In this document: in pieces, positions 6,772 to 16,397 of the stretch
How positions within the stretch are numbered: position 1 is the stretch's first letter
How the letters are laid out: each line of letters opens with the position of its first letter
Source: Pseudomonadota bacterium
GTDB lineage: Bacteria > Desulfobacterota > Desulfobacteria > Desulfobacterales > RPRI01
Direction: 5' to 3'
DNA length: 59,068 nt
NCBI GenBank assembly: GCA_043825875.1
Contig: JBDRRF010000075.1
Location: forward strand, 1 to 59,068
Made by a program: the position numbers and the translations under genes
Notes under the pieces: model-generated
What the model was told of the DNA's origin: nothing
The model's input: the letters and a program-made list of their open reading frames with translations, nothing else
Databases searched by the model: none

Positions 6772-8865
6772 ATGAGAAAAACTGAAATATTGGTTATAGT
6801 TATAATCATATTGGGTGCAGTAGTTTTCGTTATTAATTTACCGTCCTATGCGGAAGAAACAGATAAGGACATCGAAGAGGTTACGGTGCTTGACGAAATT
6901 ATAGTTACTGGTGCCCGCGTGGAAACCAAATTAAAAGAAACACCTGCCACAATAGATGTAATATCACAAAAGGAAATAGAAAAAGTCAAATATCGAAATG
7001 CAGGCGATCTGCTCAAAAGAGTACCGGGCATTTTCACCCAGAATCTTAATGGGGAAGAGGAACTTACATCCATTAGAGTTCCTACTCATTTTTCAAACCC
7101 CTATACACTTCTTTTAATAGACGGACTTCCGGCATCGAATTATGGTGAGTTGGCGGGCGGCCTTTTGAGAGAAATCAACAACAACAGCATTGAAAGTATC
7201 GAAATCATCAAGGGGCCGGCTTCCGCACTTTATGGGAGCAATGCAATAGGGGGTGTCATCAATGTAATAACCAAGGGCCCTTCAGAGGAACCATGGGTCA
7301 GGCCGTGGGCGGAATATGGCGAATACCATCAATGGCGGGGTGGCATATCCGGCGGAGGAACATACGGCACCGTTGGTTTTAATGCGGATACCATGTATAT
7401 TGATTCCGAAGAATGGAGAGAGCACTCCGCTCATGAAAAAAAAGCAGCAACGTTTAGGGCGCAATATGCACCAAATAATATATCTCTTCTCGACTTCAAG
7501 CTCGAATATATAAAACTGGAAAATGAAACAGCCAGCACATTAAGCGCCGAGGATTACAAAGAAGACTGGCAACAGAGTTATATGACCTTCACACAAATTA
7601 AACTTGAGAAGATTTCTCCCTCCCTGACTTATAGCATAGATACGTATGGTGGTGAGTTGAAAGTCGCAGCGCTCTTACGGCAGATAAACCACGATGTGAA
7701 TCCAAATTACGGCATCAGATATAATCAGAAAACCAAGGCTTATACTAGTTATCTATCTCAGATAGATGCTGTAGATGTTGACCTTCAGTTATTGTACTCA
7801 AGGAATTTTGATTTCTTCAAATCCCGGATAATAGGAGGAATGGACTTTGAGCGTGGCAATTCCGATGTTGAAACGTATGATTTGAAAGTAATTCGCGACC
7901 CGTTTACCGGAAAATATACTTCTTTTTCAAATAATGGTCTCGGGGAATCATTTGATGTTACGACATATGCCACAGCCCCCTATCTTCAGTTCCTCAGCAC
8001 ACCTTATGAAAATTGGCGGTTAACTTTCGGTGGAAGATACGACATGGTGAAGTATGATATTGAAGACAACCTGGGTGTTGCCAAAGACGGCAAGAAGAAC
8101 TTCTCAAGGTTTTCTCCCAAGGTGGGCATTACCTATGACATAAGCCCAAACCTCAATTTGTTTGCAAGTTATTCTCAGGGGTTTGTCGTTCCTACCGTCA
8201 GCCAGCTATTTACAGGCAGGGGCGCCAGCAAAGATCTTGATCCCGAAAAAGCGGATAATTATGAGGTGGGATTCAGAGGTACAACCTGTCAAAAAAAACT
8301 GAAGCTTGATTTGAGCTTCTACAGTATGAAGATCGATGACAAAATCATCGTTCAGACTGTGGACCCTGTAACTTCAGCTATAGAGTATCAAAACGTAGGA
8401 GAAACTTCCCACAGAGGAATAGAAGTGACACTGGGTGTTTTTCCACTGGACTGGATAAACCTGGTAATGTCGTATTCATATGCAAGGAATAACTATGAAC
8501 AGTTTGATGATCCGGTTTCGGGAAATGATTACAGTGATAACCGGATTCCTTTGGCACCGAAAAACAGATTCAATGCCAGGCTTGCTGTAAACCCCATCGA
8601 TCGAATGGTGCTGGAATTAGAAATGGATGTTCAGGACAAATATTATGTTGATGATGAAAACAGCGATACATACGACAGACCAACTTTATATAATCTGAGA
8701 GGATCATACGATTGGGAAGAATGGTCGTTATGGGTACACGCCTTGAATCTTTTTGATAAGAAATACGCTACAAGGGTTACGGCAAGCTCTGGTATATTTT
8801 CATATTTTCCGGGAAACCCGAGAACAATTTTCGTAGGACTTTCTTATAAGTGGGGTAAAAAATGA
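6772..8865 (+). CDS. TonB-dependent outer-membrane receptor
   Basis: Signal peptide, TonB box DEIIVTG, plug IESIEIIKGPASALYGSNAIGGVINVITK, LDPEKADNYEVG, NLFDKKY, C-terminal PRTIFVGLSYKW. Confidence 0.95.
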   Translation: MRKTEILVIVIIILGAVVFVINLPSYAEETDKDIEEVTVLDEIIVTGARVETKLKETPATIDVISQKEIEKVKYRNAGDLLKRVPGIFTQNLNGEEELTSIRVPTHFSNPYTLLLIDGLPASNYGELAGGLLREINNNSIESIEIIKGPASALYGSNAIGGVINVITKGPSEEPWVRPWAEYGEYHQWRGGISGGGTYGTVGFNADTMYIDSEEWREHSAHEKKAATFRAQYAPNNISLLDFKLEYIKLENETASTLSAEDYKEDWQQSYMTFTQIKLEKISPSLTYSIDTYGGELKVAALLRQINHDVNPNYGIRYNQKTKAYTSYLSQIDAVDVDLQLLYSRNFDFFKSRIIGGMDFERGNSDVETYDLKVIRDPFTGKYTSFSNNGLGESFDVTTYATAPYLQFLSTPYENWRLTFGGRYDMVKYDIEDNLGVAKDGKKNFSRFSPKVGITYDISPNLNLFASYSQGFVVPTVSQLFTGRGASKDLDPEKADNYEVGFRGTTCQKKLKLDLSFYSMKIDDKIIVQTVDPVTSAIEYQNVGETSHRGIEVTLGVFPLDWINLVMSYSYARNNYEQFDDPVSGNDYSDNRIPLAPKNRFNARLAVNPIDRMVLELEMDVQDKYYVDDENSDTYDRPTLYNLRGSYDWEEWSLWVHALNLFDKKYATRVTASSGIFSYFPGNPRTIFVGLSYKWGKK

Positions 8866-9854
8866 ACGGGATCATAAAAAGCCTTCCGCAAAAGCTATGT
8901 TTCTGGGCTGTTCTGACCCTTGTGGCTGTTTTAGCACCGTCTATCGGAAATACCCAGGATTTTGAACCGCTATTTCTTACGGAGGCGACGGCTAAGGAAC
9001 GGGGCGGTCATATCCAATTTGAATCCGAGCACCGGCCCCTGCCGTTTAGGCACTATCGTTTGAAATCGAAAATTCCTTATGGAAGCCTTCAGGCTTTTGT
9101 GCGCCACCCTGACGGTCAGTTATCGATTGCCCGGCTCCAAAAAGAAGAGAAAGGAGAAATGAACGTATCCTTCAAAACACCTCTTGGTGACGGTCCCATG
9201 CACGGCATCCATACCCTTTATGTAGTCGACCAACAAATCGAAGGTAATCGGCTCCTGGTCAGGACTGCCAAATGGCATACGATTCATCACAGTTGCGGTT
9301 GGGGTCACGGATACAAATACGATAAGGATCGTACAATAACTAAACCCCTTGCTGACGTTCCTCTGGAAATATCATGCCTGGAGCTTTGGGATGGCAACTT
9401 TCACTCCAGAGTGCAGTCGGGAGACCGGCTTAGATTCAGGGTTTTTTCTTACGGTGCTCCGGTGGCCGGTGCCAATATCAGACTGATAAGCGGTAAGGGG
9501 TGGATCAAACATGAAGTTACAGGTAAAGACGGTACGGCTGAATTTCAACTGGTCAGAGACTATTACCCAAAAAACTGGAAGTATTTTGACAGCCGGCATC
9601 GGGAAAGGTTCACAGTGGTGACCGAATACGAAAGCCCAAGCCAGGGACAATTTTCCGGAAAAGACTACAGCAGTGTCCGTTATATTTCCAGCATCCCCTG
9701 GACATATATTCCCTCAAGGAAGGAATATACTTCGACTGCCTTCGGTCTTTCAATAGGTTTACTCATCATAGCAATAGGAGCTCTGGGCTTTTATATATAT
9801 CGGGAACGTCGCAGGCGCCCTTACAGGGAGGTGATGTTCGATGAAAAAGATTAA
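8862..9854 (+). CDS. exported protein with C-terminal membrane anchor (DUF4198-like), His/Cys motif
   Basis: Signal peptide, HTIHHSCGWGH, PLEI...GDRLRFRVFSYGAPVAGA...TGKDGTAEF, C-terminal TM followed by RERRRR. Confidence 0.6.
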   Translation: MNGIIKSLPQKLCFWAVLTLVAVLAPSIGNTQDFEPLFLTEATAKERGGHIQFESEHRPLPFRHYRLKSKIPYGSLQAFVRHPDGQLSIARLQKEEKGEMNVSFKTPLGDGPMHGIHTLYVVDQQIEGNRLLVRTAKWHTIHHSCGWGHGYKYDKDRTITKPLADVPLEISCLELWDGNFHSRVQSGDRLRFRVFSYGAPVAGANIRLISGKGWIKHEVTGKDGTAEFQLVRDYYPKNWKYFDSRHRERFTVVTEYESPSQGQFSGKDYSSVRYISSIPWTYIPSRKEYTSTAFGLSIGLLIIAIGALGFYIYRERRRRPYREVMFDEKD

Positions 9855-10830
9855 AAAATTTCTCTACATGGCCGATATCGATCGATTCCGTTTTTATGTG
9901 CAAATTGCTTGTTTTTTTATTCTTATTTACGGTGGTTACCTGGCGCTGGATTTTGGCAGTCATCTGCCTACATTCGCCTGTCCTTTTAATAAAGGGGCAG
10001 GAGGAACCTGTTATCTGTATCCATTACAGCACCAGGTCAATATGCCCTTTCGCCAGATGTTTGGTGGCCGGGGAATCGGTTTTATAGCCGGGCTGGGAAC
10101 TTTTATTCTGCTTCTTATATTGTTTAACAAGTCTTGGTGTGGTTTCATCTGCCCTTTAGGTACCATACAGGACTGGATCACGCGACTTAGAGTCCGGGCC
10201 GGTATCCGCTACAGTATGTATTCGAAGAAAACATTTAAAAGGCTTAAGAAAATTAAGTATATTCTTCTCATACTGCTGGTGCTTTTGCCGCTTGGGATGA
10301 GCAATTCCATTTTCGGTCTTCCCCGCCTTTCCCATGAATGGGCTACACCCTATTGCATGATTTGTCCAGGGAGAACAGTACTTCCTCTGTTTTCGGGAGA
10401 CGTCACTCAGCTGGTTGTTGATTTTAGTTCTGGAACAAAAATGGTGCTGACCACTCTTGGAATGGTAGTGACCGGACTGTTTTTTTTGGGAGCTTTTATA
10501 AAAAGGCGTTTTTTTTGCCTGTTTTGTCCTATGAGTTCGCTTCAGTATCTGTTTTCTAAAATAGGTTTGTTGCGGCTGACCAAGGATGGCACAAAATGCA
10601 CACGTTGCGGAAATTGTCATAGAGTATGTGATATTGGTATAAGTGAGATTGCAGAAAATGTTGACAGCAAAAATATTGTTCAGGATGACTGCATGATGTG
10701 TTTCAAATGCGTTGCCGTTTGTCCGGAAGAAAACTGCCTGAAAGTCAGCTTCCTTGGAGCGACTTTATATGCAGCAACGGAGGAAGGATTTTTTAAACGG
10801 GCATCAAAGGAGAAAATAAGTGGAACCTGA
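9841..10830 (+). CDS. membrane polyferredoxin (NapH/MauN/CcoG-like 4Fe-4S binding protein)
   Basis: TM helices with WCGFICPLG, YCMICP, FCLFCPM; two ferredoxin motifs CTRCGNCHRVC and CMMCFKCVAVCP. Confidence 0.88.
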   Translation: MKKIKKFLYMADIDRFRFYVQIACFFILIYGGYLALDFGSHLPTFACPFNKGAGGTCYLYPLQHQVNMPFRQMFGGRGIGFIAGLGTFILLLILFNKSWCGFICPLGTIQDWITRLRVRAGIRYSMYSKKTFKRLKKIKYILLILLVLLPLGMSNSIFGLPRLSHEWATPYCMICPGRTVLPLFSGDVTQLVVDFSSGTKMVLTTLGMVVTGLFFLGAFIKRRFFCLFCPMSSLQYLFSKIGLLRLTKDGTKCTRCGNCHRVCDIGISEIAENVDSKNIVQDDCMMCFKCVAVCPEENCLKVSFLGATLYAATEEGFFKRASKEKISGT

Positions 10831-12085
10831 CCGGATAGAAAGACAAAAAATGACCATAAAAAAGCGTCTGCACTCAGAAAACCGTGAGACCCTTAAAAGG
10901 ATTGAACAGATAGGTGAGAGCTCCCCGGAAGCAATGCAGTATTTTTATGATGTTTTCACACACTGGGATAATCCAGCTGTCCTTGATGGAAATAAGCCGG
11001 TTATTGCAATAAGCTGCATGCAGGTGCCTCTGGAACTGATCCTTGCTTGTAATGCCTTGCCACTCCGACTCTGCAACGGTTCTCACGCATTGGAACAGGC
11101 GGGATCCGAGTTTTTGCCTGTTAAGACTTGCTCAATCGTAAAGGCCACAGTGGGTCTGGTAACAGCATTTCAGGAGCAGTTAAAAGATAGACTGGTTCTG
11201 GTGGTGGTTCCAACAACCTGTGATCAAAAACGAAAAGCCATCGAGACGCTAAGTGAAGGTGCGTTTAAGATATACTCCCTGGAAGTGCCGCCATCAAAAG
11301 ATACTGAAGAAGCCGCGATTTACTGGAGGAACTCGGTAAAAAAGCTGATTTTGGCTCTGGAAAAGGCCACCGGAATCCGGATTACAAAAAGAAATCTTAC
11401 CGCAGCCATAAACGGTGTACGGCAGGCATCCGCTCAATTCCGGCGGCTGTCCCGCATGCAGCAGCATAATCCGACGCTGCTTTACGGTAAAGATATGTTT
11501 ATGGTAATGAGTACTTTTCTCTTCGATGATATAAATCGGTGGACGGCTGCTGTAGCCCGATTGAACGACGAACTGGAAGTTCGTAAACAACATGGTATAT
11601 TTGCCGGCAAGGGGGCTCCCCGCATGCTGCTGACCGGATCTCCTCCCATGGCTCCCGGTTTCAAACTCCCGCTACTGCTGGAAGAAGCAGGAGCGGTTAT
11701 TGTAGCAGATGAGGTCTGCTCCTGTTCGAGGCTGTTGCATGATACGGTGGCTTATGGTGAATGGAGGCTTTATGATATGATACCGGCCGTTGCGGATCGA
11801 TATTTAAAGCCCTGTACCTGTCCTGTTTTCGATTCGGGAGAGGACCGCAGAAGAAAACTATCAGAGACTGTTCATCGCTTTGATGTAGACGGAGTGGTCT
11901 ATCAGAGCTATTCAGGGTGTTTTCTCTATCAGATGGAAGAGAGAGGCGTAAGCAATTCATTAAGAGGCGCTGATATTCCAATGCTGTTTGTGGAGACAGA
12001 CTACAGTACAGAAGACAGAGGGCAATTGACCACACGGCTTGAAGCTTTTGTGGAATCCATAAGATCCCGAAAAAGGAGAAAATGA
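10820..12085 (+). CDS. 2-hydroxyacyl-CoA dehydratase superfamily protein, double-cubane cluster protein (DCCP)-like
   Basis: Cys motifs ISC, RLC, KTC, TTCDQKRK, DEVC, PCTCP, SGC in one ~420-aa chain; C-terminal ETDYS...GQLTTRLEAFVE. Confidence 0.8.
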   Translation: MEPDRIERQKMTIKKRLHSENRETLKRIEQIGESSPEAMQYFYDVFTHWDNPAVLDGNKPVIAISCMQVPLELILACNALPLRLCNGSHALEQAGSEFLPVKTCSIVKATVGLVTAFQEQLKDRLVLVVVPTTCDQKRKAIETLSEGAFKIYSLEVPPSKDTEEAAIYWRNSVKKLILALEKATGIRITKRNLTAAINGVRQASAQFRRLSRMQQHNPTLLYGKDMFMVMSTFLFDDINRWTAAVARLNDELEVRKQHGIFAGKGAPRMLLTGSPPMAPGFKLPLLLEEAGAVIVADEVCSCSRLLHDTVAYGEWRLYDMIPAVADRYLKPCTCPVFDSGEDRRRKLSETVHRFDVDGVVYQSYSGCFLYQMEERGVSNSLRGADIPMLFVETDYSTEDRGQLTTRLEAFVESIRSRKRRK

Positions 12086-12088
12086 ACC

Positions 12089-12877
12089 ATGAAATTATTC
12101 TGTGGAATAGATATCGGTTCCTCAACAATTAAGATCGTTCTTATAGATGAGAAAGGCGATATAATTGCCAAAAACATTACACCCTCAGGACATCATTACT
12201 ACCGGAACGCCTCCGATGCCCTTACGCGCCTGCTTGATATGCATCGCATATCAAAAGATAACATATCCTTGACGGTTTCAACCGGATATGGCAGAAAATT
12301 GTTTAAGGAGGCCGATCTAAACATCAGTGAAATTACTGCCAATGCCATGGGAGTAAAAAGAGTGGAAGGGCATGGGACTCCTGTCAAAACAATCATCAAT
12401 ATAGGAGGTCAGGATTCTAAGGTAATTCTTCTGGACGATGACGGCGGTGTGAAAGAATTTTGTATGAACGATAAATGTGCTGCAGGAACAGGCAGCTTCC
12501 TCGAAATGACAGCAAAAAATATGGGAGTAACTCTTGAAGAATTGGGTCGATGGCGCATGGATACCGGAAAGATACCTGTAACAATTAACAGTACCTGCAC
12601 CGTCTTTGCGGCATCGGAGATCATCAGCCTACTTGCAGACGGGTATGAAAAGGGTGAGATTATTGCTGGTGTTCATTCAGCTGTCGCAAGAAGAGTTGCC
12701 CACCTCGCTTACAGGATTGATATTAAGGACAGGGTTCTCTTAGATGGGGGCGGAGCCATGAATTGCGGACTCAAATCAGCTCTGGAAGATGAGCTGATGC
12801 GGGATATAACTGTTCCTGAAATCCCCCAGATCACCACGGCCATTGGTGCGGCGCTTTATGCACGTGAAGGTTTATAA
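12089..12877 (+). CDS. ATP-dependent [4Fe-4S] activase (HgdC/BcrAD/DCCP-R, ASKHA family)
   Basis: GIDIGSS, TGYGR, IGGQDSK, MNDKCAAGTGSFLE, STCTVFAASE. Confidence 0.93.
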   Translation: MKLFCGIDIGSSTIKIVLIDEKGDIIAKNITPSGHHYYRNASDALTRLLDMHRISKDNISLTVSTGYGRKLFKEADLNISEITANAMGVKRVEGHGTPVKTIINIGGQDSKVILLDDDGGVKEFCMNDKCAAGTGSFLEMTAKNMGVTLEELGRWRMDTGKIPVTINSTCTVFAASEIISLLADGYEKGEIIAGVHSAVARRVAHLAYRIDIKDRVLLDGGGAMNCGLKSALEDELMRDITVPEIPQITTAIGAALYAREGL

Positions 12878-12887
12878 AGGGATTTTT

Positions 12888-13436
12888 ATGAAAAACTGGT
12901 TTATAATCCGATTATCGCGGCAACTCTTACCAGAAAAGGCATTTTGGTTTTTCCTTCTTGCAGCATCGGTTCTTTTGCTTTTTGCAAACCAAGGATGTTA
13001 TGATAAAACCAGCAGGCCGGTTATGGGACAAAAAGCACCCGATTTTTCCTGCCGGTGCATTAATGACTCGCGGCAGGAACTTAGCCAATTTAAAGGCAAT
13101 GTGGTGCTGATAAGGTTTTGGGCGGATTGGTGCCGTTCCTGTGTAAAGGAGATGCCTATCATCGATAAATACTACCGTAGTGCAAAAAACAAGGGTTTTG
13201 TAGTTCTTGCTGTAAACGTAAAGCAATCCAGAGCAGATATTGAGGCTTTCGCCAGGAAATTCAAGCTATCATTTCCCATCGTACTGGATGAGGAAGGTAA
13301 GATCACCAAAATATATGATGTCAAGAGAGTCCCTACCCATTTTCTGATAGACCGGGATGGAATTATTCGGAGTATATATTTAGGCCCTATCGGCGATGAG
13401 AATGAGCTGGCCAAATTTCTTGAGCCTTATTTGTAA
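12888..13436 (+). CDS. TlpA/ResA-like thiol-disulfide oxidoreductase (membrane/lipoprotein anchored)
   Basis: APDF, FWADWCRSCVKEMP, VPTHFLIDRDG; N-terminal hydrophobic segment with ANQGC. Confidence 0.9.
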   Translation: MKNWFIIRLSRQLLPEKAFWFFLLAASVLLLFANQGCYDKTSRPVMGQKAPDFSCRCINDSRQELSQFKGNVVLIRFWADWCRSCVKEMPIIDKYYRSAKNKGFVVLAVNVKQSRADIEAFARKFKLSFPIVLDEEGKITKIYDVKRVPTHFLIDRDGIIRSIYLGPIGDENELAKFLEPYL

Positions 13437-13462
13437 TTTAAAGGAAGGCATATGGATTTTCT

Positions 13463-13681
13463 TTATTCATGCTTCCAGATAGCAGAATGAATTTCAAAAA
13501 AAGCGTAAAAAAGACTTATTGCAAGAGGGCCAAGAAGAAATCCTATCGTTCCAAAAAGCAGAATACCTCCAAGAGCAGACAGAAGAATAATCATAGGATG
13601 CACCTGCATTCTTTGTCCTACAAGCTTGGGGCGTAAAAAATTATCAATCATACCGACAGCGCATACCCCCCAGACAAGCAA
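13463..13681 (-). pseudogene. AI-2E family transporter C-terminal fragment
   Basis: IDNFLRPKLVG...HPMIILLSALGGILLFGTIGFLLGP; only ~70 aa with no upstream continuation. Confidence 0.8.
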
Positions 13682-13904
13682 GCCGAATTCTGATAAAATC
13701 TTCCCGGGGATAGTTTAGGGACCGATAAATTTACGTAAGGTTGGATAAGTTGTCAGGCCTGCTCTTGGCTCTTGTGAAATTAAAAGACGGCCGTATTTTA
13801 ACTGTTGCATAGTTTTTAATAAAGAAATCAAGAGTCATGATTTGTCATTGAACTCACATTTGTCATTAAGTTCGAATATTGCTCAATAGCCATGAAATTA
13901 TTAA

Positions 13905-14002
13905 TTGACAAAACCTAAATACTAATCTAATTAATATTAGTATTTAGGTAGCTAAGAGTACGTTAGATACTAATAACGTACTAATTAATGTCAAATTAGT
14001 AT
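13905..14002 (+). promoter_or_regulatory. fic promoter with 14-bp inverted-repeat operator and extra TACTAAT boxes
   Basis: TTGACA 13905-13910; ACCTAAATACTAAT-N9-ATTAGTATTTAGGT 13913-13949; more TACTAAT/ATTAGTA copies downstream. Confidence 0.6.
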
Positions 14003-14016
14003 TTGGGGGCAATTGC

Positions 14017-15348
14017 TTGAAAATACTGGAAAAAGCTCCAGATTGGAAAAACCTGTTCAAAGAATGCTTTACTCCTGAACTGGCAACAAAGACTATCGAT
14101 GTTGTAAAAAAGGCAAACAGCGAATATTTCTATTGGGATAATTTCAAATATCAGCCGATGCCCGATGATGTTACGCCGGAGTCGGCATGGGTAATGGTAA
14201 AAACATCAAGACTGTTTCAGACCAGACACATTTTACTTGCTGATTCAAAAGGGAGCCAATTTGGCTACTGGCTCCCGGATTGCGTTCTTAAGGAAATTCA
14301 TTATATAGATCAGCAGGCGGGTGGGACTATTCTTGTTGATGATCCTTCAGTCCATTCGGATGAAAAGCAGAGGTATATGGTAAGGTCATTAATAGACGAG
14401 GCAATATCATCCAGCCAAATAGAAGGAGCGGCAACCACAAGGGTTGTTGCAAAAGAGATGTTCAGGATGGGCAGAAAACCCAGGGACCGCTCCGAACAGA
14501 TGATATATAATAACTATCAATCAATGCAGATGATAAAGAAACATCTGCCGGAGCCTCTTACCATTGATTTGATAAATAGAATTCACACCTCCATGACGGA
14601 AAGTACTCTTGAAGTTTCTTCATGGGCCGGAAGATTCAGAACTGCTGATGATGAAGAGATCCATGTCTTCAACAACGACGGACAGATCCTTCATACTCCG
14701 ACAAAAGCTGCTGATGTTCCTGACTTGATAGAGGCTTTGTGCAATTTTGCAAACAAGGACAGTAATGATGAGTTTGTTAACCCAATCATAAAAGGGATAC
14801 TGATTCATTTCTGGCTTGCATATGTCCATCCTTTTATGGACGGAAACGGGCGTATGGCAAGAGCGCTTTTTTATTGGTACATGCTCAAACATAAGTACTG
14901 GCTCTTTGAGTACCTTTCGCTATCGACTGCGATACTGAGCTCTCGTAGCCAATATTACAAGTCGTTTCTTTATTCCGAGACGGATGACAATGACGCCACG
15001 TATTTTATTGTCTATAATTTAAAGGCTATTCATAATGCGCTGGAAATGTTGAATGTATATATTGAGAGAAAGCAGAAAGAAAAAAGAAATGCTTATCGGT
15101 TTGTCGTGAATTATCCTTCGCTGAACTTAAGGCAACGTGCCCTTCTTGCAAGCGCCCTAGAAAAACCCGAGGAGATATATTCAATAGAGAAGCATTCAAA
15201 CGTTCATGGTGTTACCTATCAGACTGCGAGAACCGATCTGCTTTCTCTCAGAGATATGGGGTTGCTTGAGATGAGAAAAGAAGGCAAGAAATACATATTC
15301 GAACCGGTTGCTGATATAGCGATAAAGCTTGACGGCAGCAAGGTGTAG
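14017..15348 (+). CDS. Fic-family protein with C-terminal HTH
   Basis: HPFMDGNGRMARA Fic motif; N-terminal SSQIEG inhibitory motif; C-terminal VTYQTARTDLLSL HTH; TTG start. Confidence 0.92.
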   Translation: MKILEKAPDWKNLFKECFTPELATKTIDVVKKANSEYFYWDNFKYQPMPDDVTPESAWVMVKTSRLFQTRHILLADSKGSQFGYWLPDCVLKEIHYIDQQAGGTILVDDPSVHSDEKQRYMVRSLIDEAISSSQIEGAATTRVVAKEMFRMGRKPRDRSEQMIYNNYQSMQMIKKHLPEPLTIDLINRIHTSMTESTLEVSSWAGRFRTADDEEIHVFNNDGQILHTPTKAADVPDLIEALCNFANKDSNDEFVNPIIKGILIHFWLAYVHPFMDGNGRMARALFYWYMLKHKYWLFEYLSLSTAILSSRSQYYKSFLYSETDDNDATYFIVYNLKAIHNALEMLNVYIERKQKEKRNAYRFVVNYPSLNLRQRALLASALEKPEEIYSIEKHSNVHGVTYQTARTDLLSLRDMGLLEMRKEGKKYIFEPVADIAIKLDGSKV

Positions 15349-15685
15349 CAATGGGAACAAACATACTATGGGTAAGCCGCAGCTGTTTGTTCAAAGCAGA
15401 GAGTGTAGGGAGAGTGGACACCCAAATTGTTTAAGTTTCTATGAATTGAAGCCATAGTACGATGGTTTGTTTAAACTCTTCAATTTAAAATCATATTGAT
15501 ACATCATAATCACAATATAATAATTATTTTGGAATAGCTTTTGCTGTTTCAGAAAGCAATTGACAGCAGGTTTTGCAAACTGTAAACTTTTTTTTAATCG
15601 GATAGCTTGGTATGGTTTGTAATGCTGCCGATAATTTAGCAATACAACAGCTTAATATATAACACTCAGAGACATCAAGAGACAT

Positions 15686-16072
15686 ATGAGTAAAACCAAA
15701 GGACAAATTGAAGCTGAAATCTGCGATGCAGTGATCAAATTTGAAAAAGAGTACATGGGCCGGGGTCCCTTGGAAACCAAGGCTTATATAATCGACGACA
15801 TAGTTTTGGTGCGCCTTAAAAGCGTGCTCACGATGGCAGAGATCAAACTTGCTGAAGCAACTGACCGTAAAGACGGGCGCGAATTAATAAAACGCATCAG
15901 AATTACTCTGCTAGAGCAAGGCCGTCCCCTGCTGGAGGCAGCGGTAGAGGAAATCGTCGGCGTAAAAGTAAAGAGTCTACACACAGATATCAGCACTGTT
16001 ACCGGTGAACGTGTGATCATTTTCTCGTTGGTATCTCCTCCTTCCTTTGCCCAAAGTCGCAATCGGGCATAA
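15686..16072 (+). CDS. DUF2294 / MpsC-family protein
   Basis: TKGQIEAEI...FEKEYMGRGP...SLHTDISTVTGERVIIFSL. Confidence 0.85.
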   Translation: MSKTKGQIEAEICDAVIKFEKEYMGRGPLETKAYIIDDIVLVRLKSVLTMAEIKLAEATDRKDGRELIKRIRITLLEQGRPLLEAAVEEIVGVKVKSLHTDISTVTGERVIIFSLVSPPSFAQSRNRA

Positions 16073-16120
16073 AGATTTTTTGTTTTCCGCCGGAACCAAA
16101 ATAATTTCTGAATAAATTGC

Positions 16121-16148
16121 TTGACAAGAATTGTGCACATGATATTTT
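16121..16148 (+). promoter_or_regulatory. sigma70 promoter (extended -10) upstream of the structured leader
   Basis: TTGACA 16121-16126, TG-A-TATTTT 16140-16148. Confidence 0.6.
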
Positions 16149-16169
16149 TAAACAAATTTTAACCTGTCT

Positions 16170-16330
16170 GAATACTGGCGCTATGGCGGCGATCTTCTTC
16201 GGAAGGGTTATAAGTCTTTAAAATTGATTGCCTGAGAGTTTAAACGGGCCCTTTGCCAAGAGGTAAAGGGTGCGAAAAAAATATGAGGCCACGATTCGTT
16301 TCTTTGAAACGAATCGTGGCCTTTTTTTTT
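16170..16330 (+). ncRNA. candidate cis-regulatory leader RNA (attenuator/riboswitch-like)
   Basis: C(UUCG)G hairpin 16194-16205, 10-bp hairpin 16248-16271, then a terminator; lies between the promoter and the carboxylase genes. Confidence 0.55.
16286..16330 (+). terminator. intrinsic terminator inside the 5' leader
   Basis: Perfect 17-bp stem AGGCCACGATTCGTTTC/GAAACGAATCGTGGCCT followed by a T run. Confidence 0.85.
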
Positions 16331-16397
16331 GGATAATTCACAAAAGAAGCAAAGGCCATAAACGCAAAAACGGAAACATACTCCTTTGAGGCATGCC

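Noticed and set aside
10820..12877. Benzoyl-CoA reductase or classical 2-hydroxyacyl-CoA dehydratase
   Set aside because: Only one dehydratase-like chain and one activase are present, with no CoA-pathway genes; the Cys pattern fits a DCCP better
5979..13436. Selenocysteine (UGA) recoding in redox proteins, prompted by selB
   Set aside because: The candidate redox ORFs are full-length with Cys at motif positions; no in-frame TGA was noticed
15400..15430. GTGTAGGGAGAGTGGACACCCAAATT as a possible IS end
   Set aside because: No partner repeat or transposase remnant found
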